The notes: generated by a model not told the origin, from the sequence alone. A DNA stretch of 33,569 nt from Fibrobacteria bacterium (GCA_043732185.1 JAYTHY010000063.1:1-33569); one strand, 5' to 3'. Numbered from the stretch's first letter, positions 8,019 to 18,299 are shown. Made by a program: numbers and translations.

Positions 8019-10736
8019 ATGTCCAGTTCCACTGCTTTTAACCTCATCGCCGCCTTGCAACCGGACGGAAATTTTGCCCTGGAACGGGAAGCCGTTCCGG
8101 GAGCGTCCGAGCAGGCGTCGGTTCAAGATTTGGAACGGCATTTGGAGTCCGCCTTCGCTGAGAATAGGGCACAGTTTCTCCTTTTGCTCGGTCTTTCTGA
8201 TCCAGCGCTTTCACTGCATTCTTCGCTTCGATTCTGGAGGGAGTTCGCGGCGGCATTCCCGCGCCGCCTGCTATTATTGCCAGAGGTGGAAACACTGCGT
8301 GCCAAAGCATCGGCTGTGTTTGATGTCGAGGCTTGCCGATTATTGCTTGAGACCATGCCGCTTATGGCTGGCTCGGAATATTTGAACCTCGATGTATTGC
8401 GGAAGAATTGGCAAGCACTGCACGACCACTTTAAGTTGTGTATTACCGATTATTCGGGTTCGGTGGAGGATTGGTTCAACTCGCAGCCAGGAGTGGTACG
8501 GGAAATTGGGCGCATTCATTTTCACCTGGTTGAGAACAAAAACGGACCGCTGCCCTTTGCCTTTTTGGCCACCTACGGATCCCATGTCGGCACAGCCGGG
8601 CGCGTGCGCCATTTGCCGCTTGGACATGCGCTGGAAGAATTCTCAGGAGATGCCCGTCGTCAACTGGAAGTATTGAAGTCCTTGCACCGGGCTGCCAAGG
8701 GCAGTAGCTGGCTTAAAAACCAGGTGGATTCAGGAGAGATTTTTCATCCCTTGGGCTGGACGCCAACGCAAGCGTACCGATTTCTAAAGGATGTCGAAGT
8801 GTTTTCGGAAGCCGGGATCCTGTGCAGGATTCCAGATTGGTGGCGGCAAACCCGCAAAGGCATTCAGCTGCGTTTCGCTGTGGGAGAAAAAGCCGTGGGT
8901 GGGCTTGGCATGGAAACGCTGCTGGAAATGCGGCCCGAATTGACGCTTGAAGGCGTAGCCTTGGACGAAGCCGAACTCAAGCGCCTGGCCACCTCTGGAG
9001 AGGATTTGGCTTTTCTCAAAGGCAAATGGGTGGCGGTGGATGGCGACAAGATCAAACGGAATCTGGAACTGTTCCAACGCGCGCGTAAACTGGCCAAGGG
9101 CCAGGAAATCACTTTAGCCGAAGCCCTGCGCCTCTTGGCAGGAACGGATCGGAAAGCGTTGCTAGGCGTGAACCCGGACGATGTGGAAATCGTACAAGGG
9201 GAATGGCTGCTGGAATTGCTCGACAAAATGCGGAACCCGACGCTCGTGCGCAGCATCCGGCCTAGCGCGGCTTTTCGCGGAGTGCTACGTCCCTATCAGC
9301 AACTAGGGCTCAACTGGCTTTCCTTTCTGCATCATCTGGGATTCGGTGGTTGCCTAGCTGATGACATGGGGCTCGGAAAAACCATTCAAGTGTTGGCGCT
9401 TTTGCAATCGCTAAAGGAACAAACCAAGCTGTCTCTTAATGTGATACTTGTTGCGCCCACTTCTTTGATACGAAATTGGACCAGTGAGTTCAGTCGCTTT
9501 ACCCCCAATTTGAAAGTCAAAGTCGCCCACCCGGCTTGGGAAGAAAAGGGCGTGGCGACGGTAGGTAAAACGGCTAAAGCAAATGTGAATTTGGTTACGA
9601 ATGCAAGCGCGGACCCAGACGTAGTCATTACTACTTACGGCATGGTGGAAAGGGTAGCTTGGATCAAGGACAGGCAATGGAGTCAGGTGATTCTGGATGA
9701 AGGACAAGCCATCAAGAACGCCGGATCCCAGCAAACTCGGGCCGTAAAGAAACTGAAAACGAGCCATCGTCTGGTGCTCACTGGAACACCCATCGAGAAT
9801 AGACTTTTTGATTTGTGGTCCCTGTTCGATTTCTTGAATCCGGGTTTGCTCGGTAGCGCGGAAGAATTTCGGAAACGCGCTGCCCGTCTGCATGAAACTC
9901 CGGAAGCCTACGGCCAGCTGCGTCGCATCATCCAACCCTATATCCTGCGCCGCCTCAAAACCGATAAATCGTTGCTGCCGGATTTGCCCGACAAGGTGGA
10001 GCGCAAAGTCTTTGCAACATTGAGTCGCAAACAATTGACCCTATACCGGGCCCTTTTGGGAAAGCTGGAGGCGTCCTTGGAGGAGAGCACGGGCATCAAA
10101 CGCCGGGGCCGCGTGCTGGCTTTTCTCATCCAGTTCAAACAAATTTGCAATCACCCCGATCATTTTTCCGGCCTGGGTAAGTATAAGCCCGAGGACAGCG
10201 GCAAATTCGAACTCTTGCGCGAGATTTGCGAATCGATTTTGGCCAAATATGAGCGTGTGTTGGTATTCACCCAATTTGCGGAAATCGCCGAACCCTTAGC
10301 CGAATTTTTGACTAGTATTTTTGGTCGATCTGGACTGGTTCTGACTGGAAGCACACCGGTCAAACGTCGGCATCAGTTGGTGGACGCTTTTCAGAGTGAC
10401 ACCTATGTTCCCTTCATGGTTTTGTCTCTGAAAGCCGGCGGCACGGGGCTTAACTTGACCCGCGCGAACCATGTTGTGCATTTTGATCGATGGTGGAATC
10501 CGGCTGTGGAAAATCAAGCTACGGACCGGGCGTTTAGAATCGGGCAGACCAAAAATGTCATCGTGCATAAATTTGTCACGCGAGGGACGTTGGAAGAAAA
10601 AATCGACGCTCTTATCGAAGGCAAAGCGGCCCTGGCCCGGGATCTGCTTCCCTCCGGCAATGAGGACTGGATCACGGAAATGAGCAACCGGCAACTCGTC
10701 GAATTGTTTACATTGGATTCCAAAAAGGCGGAATAA
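8019..10736 (+). CDS. SNF2-family helicase-like ATPase
   Basis: LRPYQ, LADDMGLGKT, LDEGQAIKN, LTGTPIEN, LRRLK, SLKAGGTGLNLT, DRWWNPAVENQATDRAFRIGQ. Confidence 0.95.
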   Translation: MSSSTAFNLIAALQPDGNFALEREAVPGASEQASVQDLERHLESAFAENRAQFLLLLGLSDPALSLHSSLRFWREFAAAFPRRLLLLPEVETLRAKASAVFDVEACRLLLETMPLMAGSEYLNLDVLRKNWQALHDHFKLCITDYSGSVEDWFNSQPGVVREIGRIHFHLVENKNGPLPFAFLATYGSHVGTAGRVRHLPLGHALEEFSGDARRQLEVLKSLHRAAKGSSWLKNQVDSGEIFHPLGWTPTQAYRFLKDVEVFSEAGILCRIPDWWRQTRKGIQLRFAVGEKAVGGLGMETLLEMRPELTLEGVALDEAELKRLATSGEDLAFLKGKWVAVDGDKIKRNLELFQRARKLAKGQEITLAEALRLLAGTDRKALLGVNPDDVEIVQGEWLLELLDKMRNPTLVRSIRPSAAFRGVLRPYQQLGLNWLSFLHHLGFGGCLADDMGLGKTIQVLALLQSLKEQTKLSLNVILVAPTSLIRNWTSEFSRFTPNLKVKVAHPAWEEKGVATVGKTAKANVNLVTNASADPDVVITTYGMVERVAWIKDRQWSQVILDEGQAIKNAGSQQTRAVKKLKTSHRLVLTGTPIENRLFDLWSLFDFLNPGLLGSAEEFRKRAARLHETPEAYGQLRRIIQPYILRRLKTDKSLLPDLPDKVERKVFATLSRKQLTLYRALLGKLEASLEESTGIKRRGRVLAFLIQFKQICNHPDHFSGLGKYKPEDSGKFELLREICESILAKYERVLVFTQFAEIAEPLAEFLTSIFGRSGLVLTGSTPVKRRHQLVDAFQSDTYVPFMVLSLKAGGTGLNLTRANHVVHFDRWWNPAVENQATDRAFRIGQTKNVIVHKFVTRGTLEEKIDALIEGKAALARDLLPSGNEDWITEMSNRQLVELFTLDSKKAE

Positions 10737-10737
10737 C

Positions 10738-11649
10738 ATGGGATGGCGCTCCTACAGTCGTTTTCCAAAAACATTAACCGTAGGCGAACGCAGAGCCAAG
10801 GCTGAAAAAGCGGCCCAAAAGCTGGGTCGCAAACAGCATTTGGATCCGGTGCAAATCGAGGGTCCCTTGGCCGTTACCTGGTGGGGAAAGGCCTGGAATC
10901 GCAACCTGGAAGGTTACGCTGATTATTCCAATCGTCTGCCTCGGGGTCGAAGTTATGCCAAGCATGGCTCCGTTATCGATTTGCGCATTGCCGCCGGTTC
11001 CGTGGAATCCTTGGTGCAAGGCAGCAGTTCGCGTCCCTATGCGATAAAAATCACCATCCAGCCCATGGCAGTTGCCGCCAGCAAAGCATTATTGGCCGCC
11101 TGCGCCGGTAAACTGGATTCTGCTGAAGCCTTACTCTCGGGCCGCTTTCCGGAAGATCTCGGCCGCTTGCTGACCGAGGCTAAAACCGGTTTATTCCCCA
11201 ATCCCAAAGACATCCGTTTTACCTGCAGTTGTCCGGACTCAGCATATATGTGCAAGCATATAGCGGCCACCTTATACGGTGCGGGCGCGCGGTTGGATCG
11301 AGATCCCTCCCTATTTTTCCTTTTGCGAAACCTGCAAATGGAAGACTTCGTGTCCCATGCCATCAAAGCGGAAACCAAAAAAATGCTAACGGCCAAGGCT
11401 ACGGGCGTGTCTACGCGATTGAAGCTGGGCACTGGAGATTTAGGATCCCTATTTGGAGTGGAATTGGAGCCTGTTAAAGTAAAGCGGGCGAAAGCAAAAG
11501 TGGAATCTACTCCAGCTAAAACCCTAGGCAAGCGAAAGAAGGCTTCGTCCGTCAAGGAGGAGGTCAAGTCCACCAGCCGCGCCTTGAAACAGACTCGGGA
11601 CCAGGTGGATGATTTGGTCAAAAAGCTGCTCAAACTTTCCAAGACTTGA
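10738..11649 (+). CDS. SWIM zinc-finger protein, partner of the SNF2 ATPase
   Basis: CSCPD...CKH SWIM motif; NRLPRGRSY; TWWGKAW; starts 1 nt after the SNF2 stop; Lys-rich C-terminal tail. Confidence 0.9.
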   Translation: MGWRSYSRFPKTLTVGERRAKAEKAAQKLGRKQHLDPVQIEGPLAVTWWGKAWNRNLEGYADYSNRLPRGRSYAKHGSVIDLRIAAGSVESLVQGSSSRPYAIKITIQPMAVAASKALLAACAGKLDSAEALLSGRFPEDLGRLLTEAKTGLFPNPKDIRFTCSCPDSAYMCKHIAATLYGAGARLDRDPSLFFLLRNLQMEDFVSHAIKAETKKMLTAKATGVSTRLKLGTGDLGSLFGVELEPVKVKRAKAKVESTPAKTLGKRKKASSVKEEVKSTSRALKQTRDQVDDLVKKLLKLSKT

Positions 11650-11682
11650 GTTAGCTGTTACCATAAGGCGGGCAGAAACGAT

Positions 11683-12705
11683 ATGGAGAATAAGATGGAA
11701 ACCTTGCTTATCACCGGTGCCGCTGGCTTTATCGGCTTTCATTTAGCCCGGCTGTGTCTCCAACGGGGGCATGCAGTTGTAGGCCTCGATAGCCTGAACG
11801 CGTATTATGATGTGCGCCTCAAAGAAGCCAGGCTCGCCGAGCTGGAAAAGTTTTCCGGATTCACTTTCATTAAAACCGATTTGGCCGATGCCAAAGCCGT
11901 GATGGATATTTTCGCTACGCATAAGCCCAGCCATGTGGTCAACCTGGCCGCCCAAGCTGGTGTGCGCTACAGCCTGGACAATCCTCGCGCCTATATCGAC
12001 GCCAATATCGTCGGGTTCCTGAATATTCTGGAAGCCTGTCGAGCCTATCCAGTGGCACATCTGGCTTATGCCTCCAGCAGTTCCGTATACGGGGCCAATA
12101 CGCGCATGCCTTTTTCCGTGCACGACAATGTGGATCACCCTTTAAGCCTGTACGCGGCTTCCAAAAAGGCCAACGAACTGATGGCGCATACCTATAGCCA
12201 TCTGTTCCGCATCCCAACCACGGGTTTGCGTTTCTTTACCGTCTATGGTCCGTGGGGCAGGCCGGACATGGCGCTTTTCAAATTTACAGCCAATATTCTG
12301 GCGGGCCAGCCCATCGACGTTTACGGCGAGGGCAAGCAGCGTCGCGACTTTACCTATATAGACGATATCGTAGAAGGCGTGTATCGGGTAACTTTCCGGA
12401 TACCTACGGCCAATTCGGACTGGACCGGGAACAAGTCGGATCCTGCTTCAGCGGCCGCGCCTTATCGCATTTACAATATCGGCAACAACAGCCCCGTGGA
12501 ACTGATGCATTTTATCCGAGTTATCGAATCCAAACTGGGTAAAAAGGCAGTGCTAAACCTAATGCCCATGCAACCCGGAGACGTCCCGGCCACTGAAGCC
12601 AATATCGACGATCTCATCCGCGATGTCGGCTTTAAACCCGCCACAACTGTGGAAACGGGTGTCGGACACTTTATAGATTGGTACCGAAACTTTTATGGGG
12701 TTTAA
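11683..12705 (+). CDS. NAD-dependent epimerase (UDP-glucuronate 4-epimerase-like)
   Basis: TGAAGFIG, NLAAQAGVRYS, YASSSSVYG, YAASKKANE, RFFTVYGPWGRPDMA. Confidence 0.93.
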   Translation: MENKMETLLITGAAGFIGFHLARLCLQRGHAVVGLDSLNAYYDVRLKEARLAELEKFSGFTFIKTDLADAKAVMDIFATHKPSHVVNLAAQAGVRYSLDNPRAYIDANIVGFLNILEACRAYPVAHLAYASSSSVYGANTRMPFSVHDNVDHPLSLYAASKKANELMAHTYSHLFRIPTTGLRFFTVYGPWGRPDMALFKFTANILAGQPIDVYGEGKQRRDFTYIDDIVEGVYRVTFRIPTANSDWTGNKSDPASAAAPYRIYNIGNNSPVELMHFIRVIESKLGKKAVLNLMPMQPGDVPATEANIDDLIRDVGFKPATTVETGVGHFIDWYRNFYGV

Positions 12706-12721
12706 AAATCAGGTTTAAAAA

Positions 12722-13126
12722 ATGAAAATACAAATACTGTTTGTTTTCCTTGCACTGCTTATGGCCTGTAATAATGGTACCGATTCCTCGACGAATACGG
12801 CCGGCCTTACTGTGGTTTCCGGTCCCTGTGCCAAAATCTTAGCCAAGTCCTCTGCAAAGCAAGGCGTTCTCATCTATGCAGAGAAAGACAGCATAGGTTT
12901 TATCTTCAATGCTAGCCTCAATTGCGGTGCCACTTATGCCTATCATTCTTTCCTTATCGACGGCCACACGCTAAGCCTTTCGGCAGTAGATGTAGGCGAC
13001 AGTAGGGCTAGATGCGATTGTGCGAGGGATTTGACTGTCAACCTGAAGTCGGTTTTTGTGGAAGATTATTCCTCAGTCCACACCCTGGTTTTTGAAGCGG
13101 ACACCATTGAGCTGAAACGGCGATAA
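12722..13126 (+). CDS. Hypothetical lipoprotein
   Basis: Lipobox LLMAC after a hydrophobic stretch; Cys pattern NC...CDC in the mature part. Confidence 0.65.
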   Translation: MKIQILFVFLALLMACNNGTDSSTNTAGLTVVSGPCAKILAKSSAKQGVLIYAEKDSIGFIFNASLNCGATYAYHSFLIDGHTLSLSAVDVGDSRARCDCARDLTVNLKSVFVEDYSSVHTLVFEADTIELKRR

Positions 13127-13177
13127 GTATGCGTGAATGAAGTAAGTGGTGAAGGAGGCAAACGGTGCCGGGAACCC

Positions 13178-13649
13178 TTAACTCGATATCTTGATCGGCT
13201 TCATTACAGCTACGAGAACACCCAAAGAAATAGCGCCTCCTGAAAATATTAAGCGAGAGGGAATATTTTCGGCAATACCGTATACCAAATGGAATAGCCA
13301 ATTCCGGACGAGATCGCGCCTGATAAACACGCCAAAGAGATTCCATACGAAGAAATTTTGTGCTGATACACGATAACCGGTAATAAAATGACGGAAAAGA
13401 GTGAAGCCAATAAAAAGTTTCCGGCTGTATTTGAAATGGGATTTGTCGATTTTTTTCCCAGGATGGAGTAGATGCCCCAACCATTTCATTTTTATCTGGG
13501 CCCAATCCGACTTTCATACTCCAGCCGATCATGGTCGCTTGCACGGAACCAAATAGAATCGGATTCAGAACGACCGCACCGCTTACTAGCCTGATCAAGG
13601 TGAAGGCAATCAAAACCACCGTTTTTAGCGTTAGGGAAGGATTGGCCAT
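13178..13649 (-). pseudogene. EamA/DMT-family transporter pseudogene with several internal deletions and frameshifts
   Basis: Family-like segments lie in three frames: FTLIRLVSGAVVL and ILFGSVQATMIGW; then GWGIYSILGKKSTNPISNTAGNFL...LACLSGAISSGIGYSIWYTVLPKI; then RLIFSGGAISLGVLVAV. About 470 bp against roughly 280 aa expected. Confidence 0.75.
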
Positions 13650-13729
13650 GGTTAGCGAAGGATCGGGTTTATTGTTCAGCATTCAACCAGAATAAGATTT
13701 GAGGGTGTTTTGGTCAGGTTCTTTTACTT

Positions 13730-13801
13730 TAACCCCTGTAAGGGATATTGACATTTATTCCCCTACAGGGTATAATTCAGATATATACCCCAGAAGGGAT
13801 A
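13730..13801 (+). promoter_or_regulatory. hipBA promoter with three HipB-type operators
   Basis: TTGACA (13748-13753), 17 nt, TATAAT (13771-13776). TATCC-N8-GGATA-like sites start at 13730, 13757 and 13784. Confidence 0.85.
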
Positions 13802-13804
13802 ATT

Positions 13805-14059
13805 ATGGAATACGCGGTTTTTACCCCAAAGCAATTGGCCCAGGCCCTGAAAGGCTGGCGCAAAAACCGAATGCTGACCCAGGCGGATGCGGCCGGTCAA
13901 GTGGGCTTAAGGCCCAAGACCATTTCAGCCCTCGAATCGAAACCGGAAACGAGTACGCTAAGCAGTTTTTTCAAACTGCTTTCGGCATTGGATTTAGAAT
14001 TGGTCCTTCGCGACAAATCCAAGGGGGCTGCCGGCAAAAGCCATTCGGGAGAGTGGTGA
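13805..14059 (+). CDS. hipB: HipB-like XRE HTH antitoxin
   Basis: TPKQLAQALKGWRKNRMLTQADAAGQVGLRPKTISALE..P...TL..FFKLLSALDLELVL. Start placed at ATG 13805, downstream of the promoter. Confidence 0.88.
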   Translation: MEYAVFTPKQLAQALKGWRKNRMLTQADAAGQVGLRPKTISALESKPETSTLSSFFKLLSALDLELVLRDKSKGAAGKSHSGEW

Positions 14060-14062
14060 CAT

Positions 14063-15385
14063 ATGGGCCGACCGACCACAACCAAGCAGCTCAATGTTTG
14101 GATGAATGGGGAACTGTGTGGTAACTGGACCGTTACCCATAACAAAGAACACGTTTTCACTTACGACGCGGCTTGGCTTATGTCTCAATTTTCCAGACCC
14201 ATATCCCTTTCCATGCCGCTTCGAACGCCCCGCGCACCTTATCGCGGTCCTGCGGTAGAAGCTTTTTTCGACAACTTGCTTCCAGACAATATTGAAATCC
14301 GCAAACGTCTACAGTCCCGTTTCGGAACAGGAAGTTTGCAGGCTTTCGACCTGCTGACGGAAGTCGGCCGCGATTGCATTGGCGCTTTGCAAATTATTCC
14401 GGAAGGAAAAGGTCCTGGAAAAGTGAAGGCCATCCAGTCCCAGCCACTCAGCAACTCGGAGCTCGCCGACAGCTTGCGTGGCGTTTCGTCTCCACTGGTG
14501 CTAGGCCAACTGAACCCGGATGAATTCCGGATCTCCCTGGCCGGGGCCCAAGAGAAAACAGCCTTCCTAAAACATAAGGGCAAATGGCATCGGCCAACCG
14601 GGGCAACGCCGTCGAGCCATATTTTCAAGCTCCCTATGAGCGACCGCATAGGCAGAGCGCAAATTGATTTGTCCGCGTCCGTGGAAAATGAATGGCTGTG
14701 TCGTCAAATTATGGCCGCCTTTGACATCCCAATCGCTGCCTGTGAAATGGCGCTCTTTGAAGATCAACGCGTGCTTATTGTAGAACGGTTTGATCGGGAA
14801 TGGTCCAAGGACAAATCGTGGTTGATACGGCTTCCGCAAGAAGATTTGTGCCAAGCCTTGGCTATACCGCTGGGAGTGAAATACGAATCCGAAGGCGCTC
14901 CCGGTATTTTGGAAATTCAAAATTTTTTGTTAGGCTCCTGGCGATCCCAATCCGACCGGCGCACCTTTCTCAAGGCGCAGGTTTTGTTCTGGATGCTCGC
15001 CGCAGTAGATGGCCATGCCCGCAACTTCAGCGTCTTTATCGGCCGAGGCGGACGGTTCAGTTTGACACCGCTCTATGACGTACTTTCCGCATATCCGATT
15101 CTTGGGCATGGCAAAAACAAATTGGCTCCGGAAAAAGCGAAAATGGCAATGGCGGTTAAAGGTCGAAGCAAGCATTACCTATGGGAACGGATGACACGCA
15201 AGCATTGGCTGGAAACGGCGAAAGCCTGCGGGCTCGAAAACGAAATCGGGGGAATATTTTCGGAGCTTTTTGAGAATGCGGATAAAGTGGCGGATATTGT
15301 AGGGGCGAATCTCCCGCCCGGATTTCCGTCTTCGGTGGCTGAACCTGTTTTAAAAGGCTTGAAAAAAGCGGGTCAGGCCGGATAA
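14063..15385 (+). CDS. hipA: HipA-family Ser/Thr kinase toxin
   Basis: FFDNLLPD, GRDCIGALQ, RISLAGAQEKTA, HIFKLP, VERFDR, RLPQEDLCQAL, DGHARNFS, LTPLYDVLS. Confidence 0.95.
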   Translation: MGRPTTTKQLNVWMNGELCGNWTVTHNKEHVFTYDAAWLMSQFSRPISLSMPLRTPRAPYRGPAVEAFFDNLLPDNIEIRKRLQSRFGTGSLQAFDLLTEVGRDCIGALQIIPEGKGPGKVKAIQSQPLSNSELADSLRGVSSPLVLGQLNPDEFRISLAGAQEKTAFLKHKGKWHRPTGATPSSHIFKLPMSDRIGRAQIDLSASVENEWLCRQIMAAFDIPIAACEMALFEDQRVLIVERFDREWSKDKSWLIRLPQEDLCQALAIPLGVKYESEGAPGILEIQNFLLGSWRSQSDRRTFLKAQVLFWMLAAVDGHARNFSVFIGRGGRFSLTPLYDVLSAYPILGHGKNKLAPEKAKMAMAVKGRSKHYLWERMTRKHWLETAKACGLENEIGGIFSELFENADKVADIVGANLPPGFPSSVAEPVLKGLKKAGQAG

Positions 15386-15465
15386 TATATTGGAATGGGT
15401 TCCAGAAATATGAATGATTTATTGGAATTGATTTCTCACGGCGCGGTTTACGGGTTTAATCGGTC

Positions 15466-16017
15466 CTCGAGGATCTGGAATTCTATTACCAACGCATTCT
15501 TAACACCATTGAAAAAACCATTTACGAAGACATCGCGCATTTTTTTTCTCTCAGCACTTCTAAACTACCGTTGTTCAAAAAGCTGCTGGTCTATTTGGCC
15601 TCCGTGCCTCCCGGCGAAATCAGCGTGAATACACTCGCACGCGATTTAGGTGTGGATCACAAAACCGTGCAAAGCTATTTGCAAATGTTGGAAGACACTT
15701 CCCTTATCCACAGCCTTAAATTGGGTCACACCGGTAAGGCCGCGCTCCGATCTCCGGACAAAGTGCTGCTGGAAAACGCAAACCTGTACCATGCCATTGC
15801 CGTGGAATCGGGTTTTGATGCCAATCCAGGAAGCTTGCGCGAAACCTTTTTTGTCAACGCCCTGCGCGGAGCCGGTATTCCCGTCCAATACAGCAAGGAG
15901 GGAGATTATCGGGCTGCCGGAAAGGTATTCGAAATTGGAGGCCGGAACAAAACCCGTAAGCAGCTCAAGGGCATACGCAATGGTTTATTGGTGAAGCATT
16001 TGGGTTTCCTGTGGTGA
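15466..16017 (+). pseudogene. C-terminal fragment of an AAA_14/DUF4143-type ATP-binding protein
   Basis: Frame reads YYQRILNTIEKTIYEDI...SPDKVLLENANL...GSLRETFFVNAL...FEIGGRNK. There is no ATPase N-terminus and the C-terminus is shortened (LLVKHLGFLW). Confidence 0.75.
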
Positions 16018-16036
16018 CAGCGAAGTCCGCGCCCAA

Positions 16037-17206
16037 TTAAACCAAGTAGGCCAGGAACTCCTGGGCTGACGCAATCAACAAATCCTTCTCACCTATTTTG
16101 ACCCACTTCCATCGGCCAGGTTCCGCGACAAGCTGTACAGCCATGATATTTCCCAAGACTGGTAAAAACTTTTTCCAGTTGGGAGAGGGCGCACCGTCTG
16201 ACCATTTCGTTTCCACCGCCATCCAGGGCTTTCCATCCTTGGCCACGAGAAAATCGATTTCCTGTTTTTCCTTATTCCGGATAAAGTGCAACGAAAACTC
16301 GCCCTCTCCTGCATCGGTCCAAAAATGGCAAGCCTTTAAAAGGTGCGAGCCCACAAGATTCTCATAGCGCGCCGCCTTTTCAGTGACTTCGCTGAAATCC
16401 CAAAGATAGGCCTTGCCCTCTTTTTTTAGCGAGCGGGACACGGCGCCTTGATACGGTTTGATTTCATAGAGGTAAAACAATTCTTGCAGGAACAGGACCC
16501 AACGTTTAACGGTCTCGTGATTCACATCCAGATGTTCTCGAAGCCCGGCAATGCTGAATAGCGACCCGACTTTTTCAGGCAACAAAGCTGCCAGCATTTC
16601 GATGCGGCTGAGTTCTGGAATACGGGTCAAATCCCGCAGGTCTTCGCGAATCACCTTTTCCACTCGGCCCCGACGCCACAGCCGGGCTTTCTTCTCATCC
16701 TGAGCAAATAGCGGTTCCGGAAATCCACCGAACTTCATCAGGCTCGCAAAGGCTTCCAGCCATTCTTTCTTTGGATTCAAGGCCCGCGTGCGCAACGCAT
16801 CAAAGAGGGAATCAGGTAAGAACTCCTTGTTCAAAACCATTTCCCGTAAGGTAAAGGGATGCAATCGGAAATGGAAATATCGTCCAAGCAAACTGTCGCT
16901 GCCTTTTTTGTACACATTCAAGCGCGCACTTCCCGTGACCAGAATATCCACCGGGCTTTCCAAAGTATCGAAAATACCTTTGATATTTCGCTTCCACATT
17001 TTGGCTTTGTGGATTTCATCCAGTACTAGGAGAGGAGTTTCTCCACGCTTCGCTGCCGGTACAATGAACTTTGGATCCTTGGCCCAAGCCCTTCGAAATT
17101 CCGTTTCATCCCAGTTGAAATACCCGCCCGCTCCCCGCGATTTTAAGAGCATTTTCGAAAAAGTGGTTTTGCCGACCGAATTACGATCTGATCGTAATTT
17201 GGTCAA
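16037..17206 (-). pseudogene. AAA_14 + DUF4143 ATP-binding protein with damaged N-terminus
   Basis: LVLDEIHK, VTGSARL, DSLLGRY, GGFPEP, ENLV..HLLK and EIDFLV..VETK are present. Walker A is cut to VGKTT, and the usual GPRQ part is replaced by a palindromic junction. Confidence 0.75.
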
Positions 17207-17218
17207 GATCTGACTGAA

Positions 17219-17836
17219 TTACGATCTGGTGTGGGAATGGTCGTAATTCTCAGGGAACAGGGTGCGCTCCACGCATTCGATGAGGATGTGCAGGGCGGTC
17301 ATGTGGATTTCTTGGATGCGCTCGGTAGTGTCCGATTCGACGATGATTTCATGAGTGCCGGTGCCTTTGAGTTGGCCGCCGGTTTTGCCCAGCAGGAGCA
17401 GGGTCTCCATGCCTAAGCTCTTGGCGGTTTCGACGGCGCGGATGACATTCTTCGAGTTGCCGCTGGTGCTGATGGCCAAAAGCAGATCGCCGGGTTTTCC
17501 ATAAGCTTCGACACCGCGGGCGAAGACTTCGTCCCAACCATAGTCGTTGGCGACGCAGGTTAAGTGAGAGGATTCAGTGAGGGCGATGACGGGCAGCGCT
17601 TTCCGGTGATTGCGGAAGCGGCCGGTGAATTCTTCGGCGAAGTGAATGGCGTCACAGGCGGAGCCACCGTTGCCGCAGGCTAGGACTTTGTTGCCGGATT
17701 TAAAGCAGGAGGCTAGGGCCGCGGTCATTGCGGAGAGAGTGGCGAGGTTGGCGGAGCTAGATTGGAAGCGATCGAGGGCGGTGCGGGCCTCGGTTAAGGA
17801 GTGGAGGAGGGCGTTTGGGATGGTTGCTGGGTTCAT
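17219..17836 (-). CDS. gmhA: Phosphoheptose isomerase
   Basis: CGNGGSACDAIHFAEEFTGRF, ANDYG, ISTSGNSKNV, RIQEIH. Confidence 0.95.
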   Translation of the reverse strand: MNPATIPNALLHSLTEARTALDRFQSSSANLATLSAMTAALASCFKSGNKVLACGNGGSACDAIHFAEEFTGRFRNHRKALPVIALTESSHLTCVANDYGWDEVFARGVEAYGKPGDLLLAISTSGNSKNVIRAVETAKSLGMETLLLLGKTGGQLKGTGTHEIIVESDTTERIQEIHMTALHILIECVERTLFPENYDHSHTRS

Positions 17837-17916
17837 GGGTCCGCCTGGGTTGGGGTTGGGAATGGCTCTATTTCTTGGGTGCCATTCTCGATGCCACCCA
17901 ACGAAGCTCCGGCAGG

Positions 17917-18297
17917 TTACACAGATCGTTTTTTAATCGGTTTCGTTTCCGATAGTAGGGAATCAGCAGGGATGTGCATTTTTTTGTGCAGGACCCGCAT
18001 CATTCGGATCGAGAGATTTCTTTTCCGATTCAATATTTCGGTCGACCGATTTCTTCCACCCAAAAACCGCGCCAAATCAGACTTTTTCATTCCAGATTGT
18101 TCCATCCTAAACTTAATGGCGTCAATAGGATCGGGTGGAAGGACTTTGAATTTTCCGCTTTCATAATTTTCAACTAATATCGCGAGGATGGAAAGCTCAT
18201 CGCCTTTCTTAGTATTGTTCTCTGCATCCCAGAGCGCGTCAATCCGAGTTAAAGCGGCCTGATAATCAGTCTCTGTCTTAATGGGTTTGATATTCAT
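17917..18297 (-). CDS. higA: HigA-family HTH antitoxin
   Basis: MNIKPIKTETDYQAAL...LVENYE...PPDPIDAIKFRMEQ...EILNRKRNLS. Confidence 0.9.
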   Translation of the reverse strand: MNIKPIKTETDYQAALTRIDALWDAENNTKKGDELSILAILVENYESGKFKVLPPDPIDAIKFRMEQSGMKKSDLARFLGGRNRSTEILNRKRNLSIRMMRVLHKKMHIPADSLLSETKPIKKRSV

Positions 18298-18299
18298 TA

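Noticed and set aside
13038..13682. 214-aa and 103-aa ORFs as real proteins
   Set aside because: They are read-throughs across frameshifted EamA fragments; the longest family-like block lies in a third frame.
13748..13804. N-terminal extension of HipB from TTG 13748
   Set aside because: That TTG is part of the -35 box; the ATG at 13805 fits the promoter and the family length.
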